Positions 17,639 to 27,613 of a DNA stretch of 64,000 bases are shown one piece after another. Within the stretch, counting starts at the first letter, position 1, and every line of letters begins with the position of its first letter. Location: the IMG/VR virus record IMGVR_UViG_3300032299_001015, positions 1-64,000 of that record; one strand, given 5' to 3'. The DNA comes from a virus. The translations under genes and the position numbers were made by a program. The notes beneath the pieces are model-generated. The model was not told the origin of the DNA and did not search any database. It saw nothing but the letters and a program-made list of their open reading frames with translations.

Positions 17639-18862
17639 CTATTCAATTGGATCAATAATTTCTTTAAAGATTCCTCTATCTAAATCTATGTCTAAGTAGA
17701 ACGCCCCCATGTATCCACTACGATTTTTTCGTAGCACCGCTTCTAGAACAGTGGAGTTAGCCTTACGACCCATTCCCAAGACCCAATCACTATCATATGC
17801 AATTTGTCGTGACCATGCAACCTGTCCAAGTTGTGGTACAGATTCTAGATCTGTTGCATCATCTGGTGTAGCAGAAGCAATAGCAATGATAGGAAGTTTT
17901 TGAGAGATTGCCAAGAGTTTTAATTCTCTTGATAGATTTTTAATCTTCACCGTTTCATTGTTCGATGTACCTGAGTTATCATTCATCAACTGTAGGTAAT
18001 CAACAATAACTATATCTGGACGGTACTGATCAATCTTAGATGTAATAACATTAGGAGTCATCTCTGCGCCAGTATCATTAGAGATAATTTTAAACGGAGG
18101 ACGACCTTCTAGAGTCTTCTCCGCCCAAAGCCTAAACTCATTATCACTTACTCTGCCAGCACTCAAAGCCCTGTGACTAAAAAATCCATCACCAATGATT
18201 GCAAAGATTCTATTACGGACTTCAGTCTCAGTCATCTCAAGACTCACAATCATGGGCTTGTACCCATGCTTCCATGCTTGTACAGCAAAATAAAGGGCTA
18301 GCCATGACTTTCCAATTCCAGGATAGGCCATCAAAATTCCAAGTTGACCCTTAGCAATACCCATAGGTAGGCACACATCGAACGAGGTAATGCCTGTTTT
18401 GATGCCCACCTCTCCATTCTCTGCCGACTTTCTGGTCTGCTCAAAATAAGATAGAGCGCTATCAACATCTGTTACATCAAGGTCTCTTACTTTCGCCCCC
18501 AAGCGAGACATGACAGTAATATCTTTAGACAATTCTTTTAGCGCATTACCAGATTCATTATTATTTACTAAATTGGCTGCGCGGCGCAAAGAGTTGCTTA
18601 AAGACTCATGAAGGTATGCCTGACGTAATCTATCAACATGATAAATTGTAGGACCAGACTGTACTGGCTCAAAGTCTTTGAATCTTGTTACAAGCAATTC
18701 GGAGTCGGGAATTTGACGGGTCTGATCGTAGTAGTCCTTGATAAAGCCCCATACATCTGCACAGTCTTTAATTAACTCATCAGCGTTATTGTCAAACAGC
18801 ACATGGATATCTTTATTCTTACAGACTGAAGAGATTACCTCTACTTCTTCAGTGTATGCCAT
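17639..18862 (-). CDS. dnaB: Replicative DNA helicase
   Basis: AYPGIGKS, SLEM, VDYLQLM, KNRSG. Confidence 0.93.
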   Translation of the reverse strand: MAYTEEVEVISSVCKNKDIHVLFDNNADELIKDCADVWGFIKDYYDQTRQIPDSELLVTRFKDFEPVQSGPTIYHVDRLRQAYLHESLSNSLRRAANLVNNNESGNALKELSKDITVMSRLGAKVRDLDVTDVDSALSYFEQTRKSAENGEVGIKTGITSFDVCLPMGIAKGQLGILMAYPGIGKSWLALYFAVQAWKHGYKPMIVSLEMTETEVRNRIFAIIGDGFFSHRALSAGRVSDNEFRLWAEKTLEGRPPFKIISNDTGAEMTPNVITSKIDQYRPDIVIVDYLQLMNDNSGTSNNETVKIKNLSRELKLLAISQKLPIIAIASATPDDATDLESVPQLGQVAWSRQIAYDSDWVLGMGRKANSTVLEAVLRKNRSGYMGAFYLDIDLDRGIFKEIIDPIE

Positions 18863-19187
18863 TTAAATACTCCGCTCGTAATTTTTGAGTCTGCTCTCTC
18901 GCTGCTGATCTTATCCTATCATCTTTTTCCGCAGCCAGTCTAGAATTATGTATGGTAGAAAAATTATTATAGAACCAAGGTAGCGGGTGCATGTCTTTAG
19001 ATAGTTTAAAATAAAATTCTAGGGTATATCCTACATCCTCTACGCCAAAATCTTCAATGAGGGATAGCATCCCCCACTTTTCCTTATATTTATTAATTAC
19101 TGGAGCAGCGCCGTACTTACTACGGTATAGCCCAATGTATTCTGATAGTAATGCGTAGGACTGCTTATCGTTTTTACTTGCTGCCAC
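18849..19187 (-). CDS. Hypothetical protein (possible helicase loader by position)
   Basis: Overlaps dnaB start. Confidence 0.65.
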   Translation of the reverse strand: MAASKNDKQSYALLSEYIGLYRSKYGAAPVINKYKEKWGMLSLIEDFGVEDVGYTLEFYFKLSKDMHPLPWFYNNFSTIHNSRLAAEKDDRIRSAAREQTQKLRAEYLNGIH

Positions 19188-19392
19188 TTAAATCAGCCTC
19201 AATCTCCTGCACGCGCTGAATAAGTTGTTCTTCTACAAAATCGTATACACGATCCATAGCCTGAGATACATTTTCTCCCTGTCTGACGTTATCTTCAACG
19301 CCTACATCAACATGGATGTTCTCATAGTTACCTAGATTTCGTACGAACTTCAATCCCACTTTCACCCTCGTCGGGCTCACTTCCTGGGTCAT
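19174..19392 (-). CDS. Hypothetical protein
   Basis: RNLGNYENIHVDVG. Confidence 0.7.
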   Translation of the reverse strand: MTQEVSPTRVKVGLKFVRNLGNYENIHVDVGVEDNVRQGENVSQAMDRVYDFVEEQLIQRVQEIEADLSGSK

Positions 19393-19660
19393 CTACTGTC
19401 TCCAATGCTGCAAATCCAAAATGATGATTCTTCTCATCATCTTGTTCTCCACCTAAATATCTTGCCAAGCCATACCATGCTTTAGCAACTTTAAGTAATC
19501 CCTCAGAGTCGGCGGTAGCCTGCGCTATATTTCCTGCTCTCATAAGATTAATAGAACAGGCTAGCAATGCGCTCTCTGTACTAATAGTTTCACCAATAAA
19601 GTCTACTAATAAATCTTCTTCATTTTTCTTTTTAACCACTAAAATTCCACCGTCCTCCAT
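19328..19660 (-). CDS. Hypothetical protein
   Basis: 110-aa ORF in tight operon. Confidence 0.6.
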   Translation of the reverse strand: MEDGGILVVKKKNEEDLLVDFIGETISTESALLACSINLMRAGNIAQATADSEGLLKVAKAWYGLARYLGGEQDDEKNHHFGFAALETVDDPGSEPDEGESGIEVRTKSR

Positions 19661-20172
19661 ACAGGAATATATTCGCCCTTGTCATTTTGAACGTACAAAA
19701 CATCTCTGCGCCCTAGTCTAGCATCTACTTCCTCTTTTGTCACGGTTCTATGCAAAGGAGTTATAGAGCCATCTTTACGAGGCCGTCCATAATGAACATT
19801 AGCAAAATAATCTTGTATGTCTAAAATATCGTTTTCATTAAAATAAAATTTACCATTTGGACCAGACTGTTGTGGTCTTTTAATATTTCCTTCTGTTATA
19901 GCAATTCTAATTCTTTCGGGATGACGGCTTACCATTTTTGCAACTTCATTAATTAGATATGCTTTTTGAGCATGTTTCTTCATGCTTTTATACGGATATC
20001 TGACCATCTTATCTTGTATAAAATTCCACGTTGTTGCTACATCAGCAGGGACATTTATATGAATTACATGATGCAACTCGCCATTAATAAACAATTTTCG
20101 GCGGCGTTTGGGGGTTTTTAATACCCCATATCTCTTCCCGTCAGATACAGAGTCTCTTTCTTCATTATCCAC
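19639..20172 (-). CDS. HTH DNA-binding protein (MerR/excisionase-like)
   Basis: YLINEVAKMVSRHPERIR..GNI..YFNENDI. Confidence 0.65.
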   Translation of the reverse strand: MDNEERDSVSDGKRYGVLKTPKRRRKLFINGELHHVIHINVPADVATTWNFIQDKMVRYPYKSMKKHAQKAYLINEVAKMVSRHPERIRIAITEGNIKRPQQSGPNGKFYFNENDILDIQDYFANVHYGRPRKDGSITPLHRTVTKEEVDARLGRRDVLYVQNDKGEYIPVWRTVEF

Positions 20173-20309
20173 TTACCAAAGCCTCCATACTTTTCAGGGT
20201 ACCGCAAAGACCATCTTTTTCCGCATCGTAGACAGTATAACTCAACATGTATTTCTGAGCCCAATGTTCTATCTACCATGACTTTGCCGTCACATTTTTT
20301 ACATAACAT
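20118..20309 (-). CDS. Zinc-ribbon protein
   Basis: CKKCDG..CLRCG. Confidence 0.7.
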   Translation of the reverse strand: MLCKKCDGKVMVDRTLGSEIHVELYCLRCGKRWSLRYPEKYGGFGKWIMKKETLYLTGRDMGY

Positions 20310-21064
20310 TATGCTGTAAATACTTTCCCGTCAACAACGCAGGTATAATCATGAATTTGAATAAGTTGAATATAGGGGTAGTCATTAACAACATGTGCTA
20401 CTGCAAATCCTGCCTGCCAATTTTTTTGAATTGAATAATCCATAGCATCTTCATCACAAAGATGACCAATCTCAAAGCCTCTTAACTCCTGGCCTGTAAG
20501 ATTATATGTCTGGAAATATGCACCCATTCTATGAGAATGTCCACGGACTAAAGAAACGCCCCAGTTATTCACATCATTACGAACAGATTCTCCTGCGTGC
20601 TTAGAAATAGATTCCCCGTGATGGGCATAGATATCGCCAAACCTTTTTACGGGAGGATCTTGATAAAGATGCCACTCAAATCCTACCTTAGAATACTCAT
20701 AAAGAGAGTCTGGGGTCACAACATCTAGAAATGCTGGAGCCTTCTTTGCAAGATAATCGCCGTGGCGAGTCCAGCCATGATTCCCATCATGAAAATGGCA
20801 GTCAGCCTTCGGGACGATAGCCCGTATGTCTTTAAGGAATTTCTTTGTTCCATCGACTCCTCCATCATTAATTGATACTGACATTTCTAGGGGCTTATCT
20901 CCTGCCCAACGACTAGTAGAGTCAGCGTCGTCAATATCACCCAATAGATCTACTGCATCAGGCTTCCACCATTTCATCACCTTAAGAAATAGTTCGACCT
21001 TCCTAGGGTCATGTCGTGGAAAATGTACATCTGAAACCATCATCCACTTAAGATCGTTTGTCAT
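20309..21064 (-). CDS. Calcineurin-like metallophosphoesterase
   Basis: SDVH, GDIDD, GNH, HG, GHSH. Confidence 0.9.
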   Translation of the reverse strand: MTNDLKWMMVSDVHFPRHDPRKVELFLKVMKWWKPDAVDLLGDIDDADSTSRWAGDKPLEMSVSINDGGVDGTKKFLKDIRAIVPKADCHFHDGNHGWTRHGDYLAKKAPAFLDVVTPDSLYEYSKVGFEWHLYQDPPVKRFGDIYAHHGESISKHAGESVRNDVNNWGVSLVRGHSHRMGAYFQTYNLTGQELRGFEIGHLCDEDAMDYSIQKNWQAGFAVAHVVNDYPYIQLIQIHDYTCVVDGKVFTA

Positions 21065-21509
21065 TATTAGCCTTTCGTCGGCATAAGCGTGAGCAATAAT
21101 CCCATAGATGTTCTGTAATCACAGGGACAGTATAAATCCTATCACACCAGCCACAGATTTTGTCAACCTTTATGGCCTTGCAATTGGAACTACATTTTAC
21201 TCTGGTCTTCATTATGGAAGGATATCCATAAAATTCAACGCCGCAATTCTTACAGTTCTTTTTAATCCATGAAGAATGTAGTTTATACATAGATACAGTC
21301 TTCATGCCATGCGCTTTGTCATGCTCGCGGCGGTGGCACACAAAAAGATTTTTTAACCTATTATCCGTTTTTATTCCATTGATATGATGAACAGACTCAT
21401 AACTTTTTAATGGTCGCTCAAGATACTCTTCCATAATAATAATATGTTCATAGTACATATTATTAATTGATTTTGGATGTTTTGACGGTATTAAATTGTA
21501 GCCAGACAT
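21048..21509 (-). CDS. HNH endonuclease
   Basis: EHIIIME..VHHINGIKTDNRLKNL..H; C-terminal Cys repeats. Confidence 0.88.
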   Translation of the reverse strand: MSGYNLIPSKHPKSINNMYYEHIIIMEEYLERPLKSYESVHHINGIKTDNRLKNLFVCHRREHDKAHGMKTVSMYKLHSSWIKKNCKNCGVEFYGYPSIMKTRVKCSSNCKAIKVDKICGWCDRIYTVPVITEHLWDYCSRLCRRKANNDKRS

Positions 21510-21970
21510 TAACTACTTACTCTAGGTCCAGCCCCGATTGCAATATAGTGTAATTCTAGTGAAATATTTTGCTTTACTTGTTTAAGAATTTGCACTCTTG
21601 CTTCAAAGCCCGTAGTAGTAATATTAGTAATAGTAACGTTAGCCATTTGAGCCCCTCCGCCACTTTTACCAAATGCTCTATCTACAATGGAAGCAACCAC
21701 TACAATATTGTCTTTACTGAAGTTACCGCCTCTTTTAAATTTAACATCTAGGTTGACAGTAATATCTTTAGCCTTAATATCAAACTGGTGTACGTCAGAT
21801 ACTACCTTGACAGTATCTTGTTCTGACATGCCAAGGCTAGGACCATATACCTCGACATTCTGACCGAAATCCTCTGGAACATCTTTGATTTTATTAACCT
21901 CAGATATAATCTGATTTAATAATTCATATGTCAGAGGCTGACCGTCAGAGATGCCATTAACTCTCGCCAT
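21509..21970 (-). CDS. Hypothetical protein, H-type-lectin/fibre-tip-like C-terminus
   Basis: VVVASI..NITTTGF..LHYIAIG. Confidence 0.55.
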   Translation of the reverse strand: MARVNGISDGQPLTYELLNQIISEVNKIKDVPEDFGQNVEVYGPSLGMSEQDTVKVVSDVHQFDIKAKDITVNLDVKFKRGGNFSKDNIVVVASIVDRAFGKSGGGAQMANVTITNITTTGFEARVQILKQVKQNISLELHYIAIGAGPRVSS

Positions 21971-22127
21971 CTAGTTTGGCCTCTAATTCAATAATCTTCT
22001 TGTCGCGTGCCTGAATTTGCTCAGTAGCCTGAGCCTTCATTACTGCTAGTTTTGTTTCATAGTCGCTAGTCATTTGACCAATGCGCTGCTGTAGTTCCTG
22101 GACAATAAGTTCTAGTGTATTTGACAT
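21957..22127 (-). CDS. Small coiled-coil protein (56 aa)
   Basis: MSNTLELIVQELQQRIGQMTSDYETKLA...; overlaps both neighbours. Confidence 0.7.
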   Translation of the reverse strand: MSNTLELIVQELQQRIGQMTSDYETKLAVMKAQATEQIQARDKKIIELEAKLDGES

Positions 22128-22378
22128 TAAATTTCCTCTTCTATTTCTGGGTACTGAATGTTTAATTCATTCAACTTGTTCTCTAGTACTTGCTCTTTCA
22201 ATGAGTATTGTAGCATTTCATTAGAAAATGATTCAAGTAAAATTTCTGATGGGTTAGGCAACGAATTTTCTTGAAGAATGTTTAGTTCCAGACCATATCT
22301 ATTTAATTGAATATTTTTTAATTGTGATTTAATTACCTGCTTTTTTTCTTGTACCGATAATTCTAGATATTCTGACAT
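22127..22378 (-). CDS. Hypothetical helical protein
   Basis: ATG 22378 after AAAGGAGG; TATAAT at 22404-22409. Confidence 0.7.
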   Translation of the reverse strand: MSEYLELSVQEKKQVIKSQLKNIQLNRYGLELNILQENSLPNPSEILLESFSNEMLQYSLKEQVLENKLNELNIQYPEIEEEI

Positions 22379-22404
22379 TTTTCCTCCTTTCAATATCACT
22401 TATA

Positions 22405-24516
22405 TTATACAGTAAATGTAGAAGATGTTGTCCATGCGCTGACTCCAACTGCATTTACAGATCTTACTCTAGCCTGGTGTGTACCTTCTGTAATGCCTGT
22501 GATTGTTGTGGTAAAAGTAGAAGAAGAAAATGTTCCAACAGCAGTCCAACTAGCACCACCTATTTTCTGCCTTTCTACTTGATATCCTGTTATTGGACTT
22601 CCTCCCGTTGAAGAAGCCGCCCCCCAGTCTATTCTGAATGATGTTCTTGAAAGCCTTGTTCCGCTAACACTACTCGGTGCCCCTGGAATAGTTGGGGTAG
22701 TTTGTGAGGTGGTATTTGAATAAGAACTTGCACCAACTGCATTAAAAACCCTCATTCTGTATACATATACACTTCCTGCCGACAAACCAGAGTCTAAATA
22801 TGTGGTTGTGCCAACCGCAACATTTGTTAAAAATTGATAATTCGCAGAATTTACCGACCTCTCTATTTGTTGTGCTGTTATTGCGCTCCCACCATTAGAA
22901 CCTAAAGACCAAGATAGATTTATAGAATTTATTCCTACTAATCCAGAAGAAAGACTTGGCGCAGCGGGAACCGTTGGTATAAAAACTGATTGAGCAGTAG
23001 AGAATGGTCCCGTCCCTGCTTCATTAATTGCAGCAACCCTATGCCAATATGTAACTCCTGAGGTAAATCCAGAAAATGATATTGAATTTCCTGAAGTGTT
23101 TTGAATAAAACTGAACCCAGATGTTGAACTTGTTGTTGACCTTTCAATCCGGTATAGAGAAATTGTTCCTCCACCATCAGATGGAGTAGTCCATGATAAA
23201 TCTATTCCAGTTGTTCCGTTTAAAGTTGCAGTAAGAGATGGAGTTCCAGGAAGATTCGGCGTTGGGGTGGTAAAACTTACAGAATCTTCTGATGAACCGA
23301 ACTGGTTTCCAAGTGTGACCGTTGCGTTATAGGTTATGCCTCCAACTACAGACATGACAACTGAAGTTGCTCCAGAAGTTACTGTTCCAGTATCTACCGC
23401 ACCAAAATCTAACTGTACCCGATATGTTGTTTGATTTGTTGAGTTCCATGATATTGTTGCATTTCTAGTAGTAATACTGGTGGCAGTAACATTACTTATA
23501 GTTGGCTTATATCCAACAGTACCTAATGTAGACGGTGCTAAAACGTCGGTCCAATCTGAAAATGTTGAGGCAAGTAAAAGTCTGGCTCCAACCCTGCAAG
23601 TAACATAATATCCATTGTCGGATGCTGATAGGGTGTAGGTAGAAGATGTTGCACCTGAAATATCTGTCCAGGTAGAATTATTTAAACTTCTTACCCATTG
23701 ATACCTATAGTATAAAGTTCCTGTTCCTGACCATGTGCCATTTGTTACTGATCTAGATTCCCCAATAGCCCTTGATCCAGATATTTCTGGAAGAACAGTA
23801 TTTACTGGTGGGGGAGGTGGGTCGGTAGTAAAATCAGAACCTGTCTGTGCCGCAGTATTTCCAGTAGAAGACGCAATTATTATTTGCGGAGTGTAGGTAG
23901 TGCTTGGATCTAATCCAGTAAAAGTATATGTTCTTGCAGAAGTACTTGATATTGTCCCAGAATCTATCTGGCCTGTGCCATCGCCAGAAGGAAAATATAA
24001 AATTATTCTATATGTTGTTTGATTTGTAGAATTCCATGAGAAAGAAGCCTGATTAAAAGTTTTAGAAGTAAGAGTAAAATTGCTAACAGTAGGAATAACA
24101 GGAATTATCGCTATTGTTGTATCCGAAGCCATAGTGTTTGTTTCTGAATACACTCTTAAAACAATAGAATATACCACTCCCGTAGACAGTCCAGTAATAG
24201 TATATGTTTTTAAGTTTGTATACACAAGTCCTGTTTGCTGTTGGGTTCCTCCTTGCGGAGTATATAATATATTAATATATTCCTGATACTCTGAATCCCA
24301 ATTTATAGTTATGGAATTTGCTCCATAACTAATACTAGTTATAGATACTGTTGGAGTTAGGGTTCCAAATACTACCGTCCATCCAGTCATAGTGGATGCT
24401 GCTGGTTCATAAACCCATGCTACATTAACATTTCTCCAATTTGCACCATCAAAAACTGAAGGTTGATTTACTAGTCTCCAATTAGAGCCATCGAAAACAC
24501 GCATTTCTTTAGCCAT
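22405..24516 (-). CDS. Fibronectin type III / Ig-like repeat virion protein
   Basis: Repeated ITINW..YT.TGL..Y and P..P..W..DGG.I..Y.IERS..RV.A.N..G FN3 patterns. Confidence 0.85.
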   Translation of the reverse strand: MAKEMRVFDGSNWRLVNQPSVFDGANWRNVNVAWVYEPAASTMTGWTVVFGTLTPTVSITSISYGANSITINWDSEYQEYINILYTPQGGTQQQTGLVYTNLKTYTITGLSTGVVYSIVLRVYSETNTMASDTTIAIIPVIPTVSNFTLTSKTFNQASFSWNSTNQTTYRIILYFPSGDGTGQIDSGTISSTSARTYTFTGLDPSTTYTPQIIIASSTGNTAAQTGSDFTTDPPPPPVNTVLPEISGSRAIGESRSVTNGTWSGTGTLYYRYQWVRSLNNSTWTDISGATSSTYTLSASDNGYYVTCRVGARLLLASTFSDWTDVLAPSTLGTVGYKPTISNVTATSITTRNATISWNSTNQTTYRVQLDFGAVDTGTVTSGATSVVMSVVGGITYNATVTLGNQFGSSEDSVSFTTPTPNLPGTPSLTATLNGTTGIDLSWTTPSDGGGTISLYRIERSTTSSTSGFSFIQNTSGNSISFSGFTSGVTYWHRVAAINEAGTGPFSTAQSVFIPTVPAAPSLSSGLVGINSINLSWSLGSNGGSAITAQQIERSVNSANYQFLTNVAVGTTTYLDSGLSAGSVYVYRMRVFNAVGASSYSNTTSQTTPTIPGAPSSVSGTRLSRTSFRIDWGAASSTGGSPITGYQVERQKIGGASWTAVGTFSSSTFTTTITGITEGTHQARVRSVNAVGVSAWTTSSTFTV

Positions 24517-25772
24517 TATGTATACCTTAAATGTATATCGCCAGTCGTTCTGCCAGAACCAGGCGGGTCTCCTGTACCAAAAGTTATTTTATTTGCTGGG
24601 GTCGGGGTAGTTATTGCATTTTTGTAAGCATTTCCCGCAGCGATATTGGTAAGTTGAGATCCATCGCCATAAAAAACTGAAGCAACAACGCTAGCGGTTG
24701 TTATCTTTCCATATACTAATAAATTTTTACTGGAGACATTAGTTCCTACAGAAGCATCACCCCCAACAACAAGAGTCGTTGAAGTGGATATAGCGTTGGT
24801 CTCTGGATCAATATCTCCTATATAAAAAGTATTTATGCCGCTAGAAATAGATTCTAAACTAATAATTGATCCGCCGTCAGTACCTATAGACATTCCAGTA
24901 TATGTTGTCGCCCCTTGGCTATACCTGACAGCATTAGAATATGCTGTTCTAGAGTTTGTGCTGTCATACCATTCTATGCGTCCCTGTGGAAGAATTTGAA
25001 TTCTATCTACTGCTGCTCCAGGTAGTGCTGTTCTAAAGACTAAACCAGTAAATGACCCACTTGTAATAGAGTTTCCACTTATGGATGTTACATAACTATT
25101 TACCTCTGATCCTTCAATAAACCCAGAAATATCACTATCAGTGGCATATCCACCTATCGTTACCGTTCCAGTATTTGCATTAATATTAAATGTCTGACTG
25201 CCTGATGTATTATAAGCAGTAAGACCAGAGTTATTTAAAACTAATCCTCCAGTTGTAGAAGCAGTTTCAGATGTAAGAAGCCCACCATTTACTATGAGAT
25301 TTCCAGATATTTCACCCTCTGTTGCCTCAATTCTGCCTCTAACCGCCACGTTTGTAAAAATGGCATTACCGCCAGAAGTAATAGTCCAACCCTGACTACC
25401 TAAATCTTTATTATCCCAATCTTCATATCTAACATCTACTTGATCAGTAAAGTCATAAACGACCGCCGTTAATTCATTATTATCATCTATGTATCCTATA
25501 GTTATATTTGTTGACGGAGTATCTTCTAAATCTATATCATCATATGACACTGAGACAACTGCATAATAATTTTGATTATCTAATAGTATAAGCATTCCAG
25601 GCTTGATATCTTCAGCATCTATAGTTTCTTCTATTACTGGGATGGTGCCGTTGAAATTTGATGAAGACAGGTACGGAGATATAAATTTAAAACCGCCATC
25701 GTCATCTATATAATATTGGGCAGAGTTAAGATTGGAGTTAGAAATTTCTGGATTAAAATTATTTGTTGTCAT
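24516..25772 (-). CDS. Minor tail / tail fibre protein
   Basis: GNAIFTNVAVRG, FYGDGSQLTNI, C-terminal TGDIHLRY. Confidence 0.7.
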   Translation of the reverse strand: MTTNNFNPEISNSNLNSAQYYIDDDGGFKFISPYLSSSNFNGTIPVIEETIDAEDIKPGMLILLDNQNYYAVVSVSYDDIDLEDTPSTNITIGYIDDNNELTAVVYDFTDQVDVRYEDWDNKDLGSQGWTITSGGNAIFTNVAVRGRIEATEGEISGNLIVNGGLLTSETASTTGGLVLNNSGLTAYNTSGSQTFNINANTGTVTIGGYATDSDISGFIEGSEVNSYVTSISGNSITSGSFTGLVFRTALPGAAVDRIQILPQGRIEWYDSTNSRTAYSNAVRYSQGATTYTGMSIGTDGGSIISLESISSGINTFYIGDIDPETNAISTSTTLVVGGDASVGTNVSSKNLLVYGKITTASVVASVFYGDGSQLTNIAAGNAYKNAITTPTPANKITFGTGDPPGSGRTTGDIHLRYT

Positions 25773-26660
25773 CTACTTATTCCCTCCTTCTTTTGCCTTG
25801 CCCCATATAGCCTCATCAGATGAGTTAGTCTGAACCCATTCTTTTTTCCATGTGTCACCATTGTATGTATATCTAGCAATGGCTACATAAAAAATAAAAT
25901 TTTCTTTATCGTTAATAGTAAAGTTAGATGAGTAAGATTTCTGACCACGATATTTTATCACAGCATCTCTATTTGGGGGATTTTTGTCATTCACTTCATT
26001 ATCATCAACCATCAACTTTCTTTTAACCCCAGCGCTATTATTTCCTTTAAATCTTTTATAGGCAAATATAGGAATATCTTCCATCATCCCGCCTTTTTTT
26101 GGACCAGGAAGAACTTCAGTAACGAGTCCATCTAAAACTTCTTTTGGAATACTTACTGTATATTTTCTTGTTTTTACAGATCCAGTAATTTCTTCTAAAG
26201 ATCCTGATGCATTGCCAGAGGCTTGAGTTGGTTGAAAAGAATTACTTACCCTTAAAAATATATAGCGAGCATCTTGATTAGTATCTTTAATTACCTTAAA
26301 ATTTCTGTTATTTAATTGAGCAAGTTTGGGATCTGATGATACCAGATTTATTGTTTCTCCTGGTTGTAACTCATTGGCCTGCTTTGCATTGTTTAGTAAA
26401 ATTTTTAATTTATAGAAACTGCCGCCAATATTTGCACCTTTTGCATATTTAGAAAAACCATAGTTTCCTTTTGTTTTTTCTCTCTCTGGCCCTTTTTCAT
26501 TTTTTAGAGTAATGTTTTCTATTCTACTTAATAGAGGCGCAGCATTTGGAGTATCAAAATCGAACTCCATGTTTTTTCCATATCCAAAAAATGACATTTC
26601 TACTCTAAATGTAATTTTTTTATTAGGGTCAAGATTCTTGTCTATGCTTAGGCTGCTCAT
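25773..26660 (-). CDS. Hypothetical protein in tail module
   Basis: 295-aa ORF, position. Confidence 0.6.
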   Translation of the reverse strand: MSSLSIDKNLDPNKKITFRVEMSFFGYGKNMEFDFDTPNAAPLLSRIENITLKNEKGPEREKTKGNYGFSKYAKGANIGGSFYKLKILLNNAKQANELQPGETINLVSSDPKLAQLNNRNFKVIKDTNQDARYIFLRVSNSFQPTQASGNASGSLEEITGSVKTRKYTVSIPKEVLDGLVTEVLPGPKKGGMMEDIPIFAYKRFKGNNSAGVKRKLMVDDNEVNDKNPPNRDAVIKYRGQKSYSSNFTINDKENFIFYVAIARYTYNGDTWKKEWVQTNSSDEAIWGKAKEGGNK

Positions 26661-27613
26661 GCCACTCCATGATTAAAATCTATTGCTAAAGAATATTCTA
26701 TTGTAAGTGGTATGCCTGCTGGCTTTCTTATTGGAGATGGAAGGGTTGCCCTAGAAACCATTCCAGTAGTAGTATCAATAACATAGGAGCCGATATCTAT
26801 TCTCAGTCCGTCCAAGTATATTGGACTGGCACTGTTCTGCCAAATTCTTGAAGAAGTAATAGTATTCCAAGAAGGATTGCCATTAATTACAGCCGCACCT
26901 TTCTGTATTTCAGACAGGTAATATCCTGAGGCACTAGGAATAGGAAATACTAAATCATAATAGTTTAATGAATCTGTATAAAATCTAAAGTTTACACTAG
27001 AACTTTGAGTATTTATATCAAATCCAGCAAGCCTAAAAGTATCTTGAGAGGAATAGTTTCCTATTACTGACAAAGTATTATCTGTTGCCCCGTATGAAAT
27101 ATAAGAATTTACCCCATCTGTAGTAGGTAGATAGAACAATGATGTTCCTATTCTAGCCTCCACTGCTTCTACTAAAAATGAGCCAGATGCAGTTCCAAAT
27201 TTATTGAATAGATCTACTCTATCAAAATCAAATATCGTAGAACCTGCTAAACCAACATTAGCATTACGAACTTGTGAAGGGAATAGGCCCACTTCATAGA
27301 TTTGATATTGATACGGATCAGTTAGTGTGGCTGTATAGATTAAAACATCATTATTATTAGATATATCTAAGGATGAGCCTATTACTGCCGCCCTTCCTAA
27401 TTCAAACTGCAAGGACTTATCAGTTACTAATTTAGTGGTAGGATTTATTGAATTTGCTTTATCACCAATTCCATAGGCAATGCTGCCAGCAAAATTAGGA
27501 ATAATGCCAAGAAGAGATTTAATAGCGATTGTTCTGCCATTTTCGGTCAGGGCATTTTTTTGTTCGGCTATCAACTCATCATTACAATAGAATCTATATA
27601 TTCCAGTTATCAT
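26657..27613 (-). CDS. Minor tail / baseplate-like protein
   Basis: KNALTENG..IYEVGLF..IRK...LTIEYSL pattern. Confidence 0.6.
   Translation of the reverse strand: MITGIYRFYCNDELIAEQKNALTENGRTIAIKSLLGIIPNFAGSIAYGIGDKANSINPTTKLVTDKSLQFELGRAAVIGSSLDISNNNDVLIYTATLTDPYQYQIYEVGLFPSQVRNANVGLAGSTIFDFDRVDLFNKFGTASGSFLVEAVEARIGTSLFYLPTTDGVNSYISYGATDNTLSVIGNYSSQDTFRLAGFDINTQSSSVNFRFYTDSLNYYDLVFPIPSASGYYLSEIQKGAAVINGNPSWNTITSSRIWQNSASPIYLDGLRIDIGSYVIDTTTGMVSRATLPSPIRKPAGIPLTIEYSLAIDFNHGVA

Noticed and set aside
12403-18862. Inteins or introns in DnaE, DnaB or primase; stop-codon reassignment
   Set aside because: Proteins are normal length with contiguous motifs; genes end in TAA, TAG and TGA under code 11; no suppressor tRNA seen
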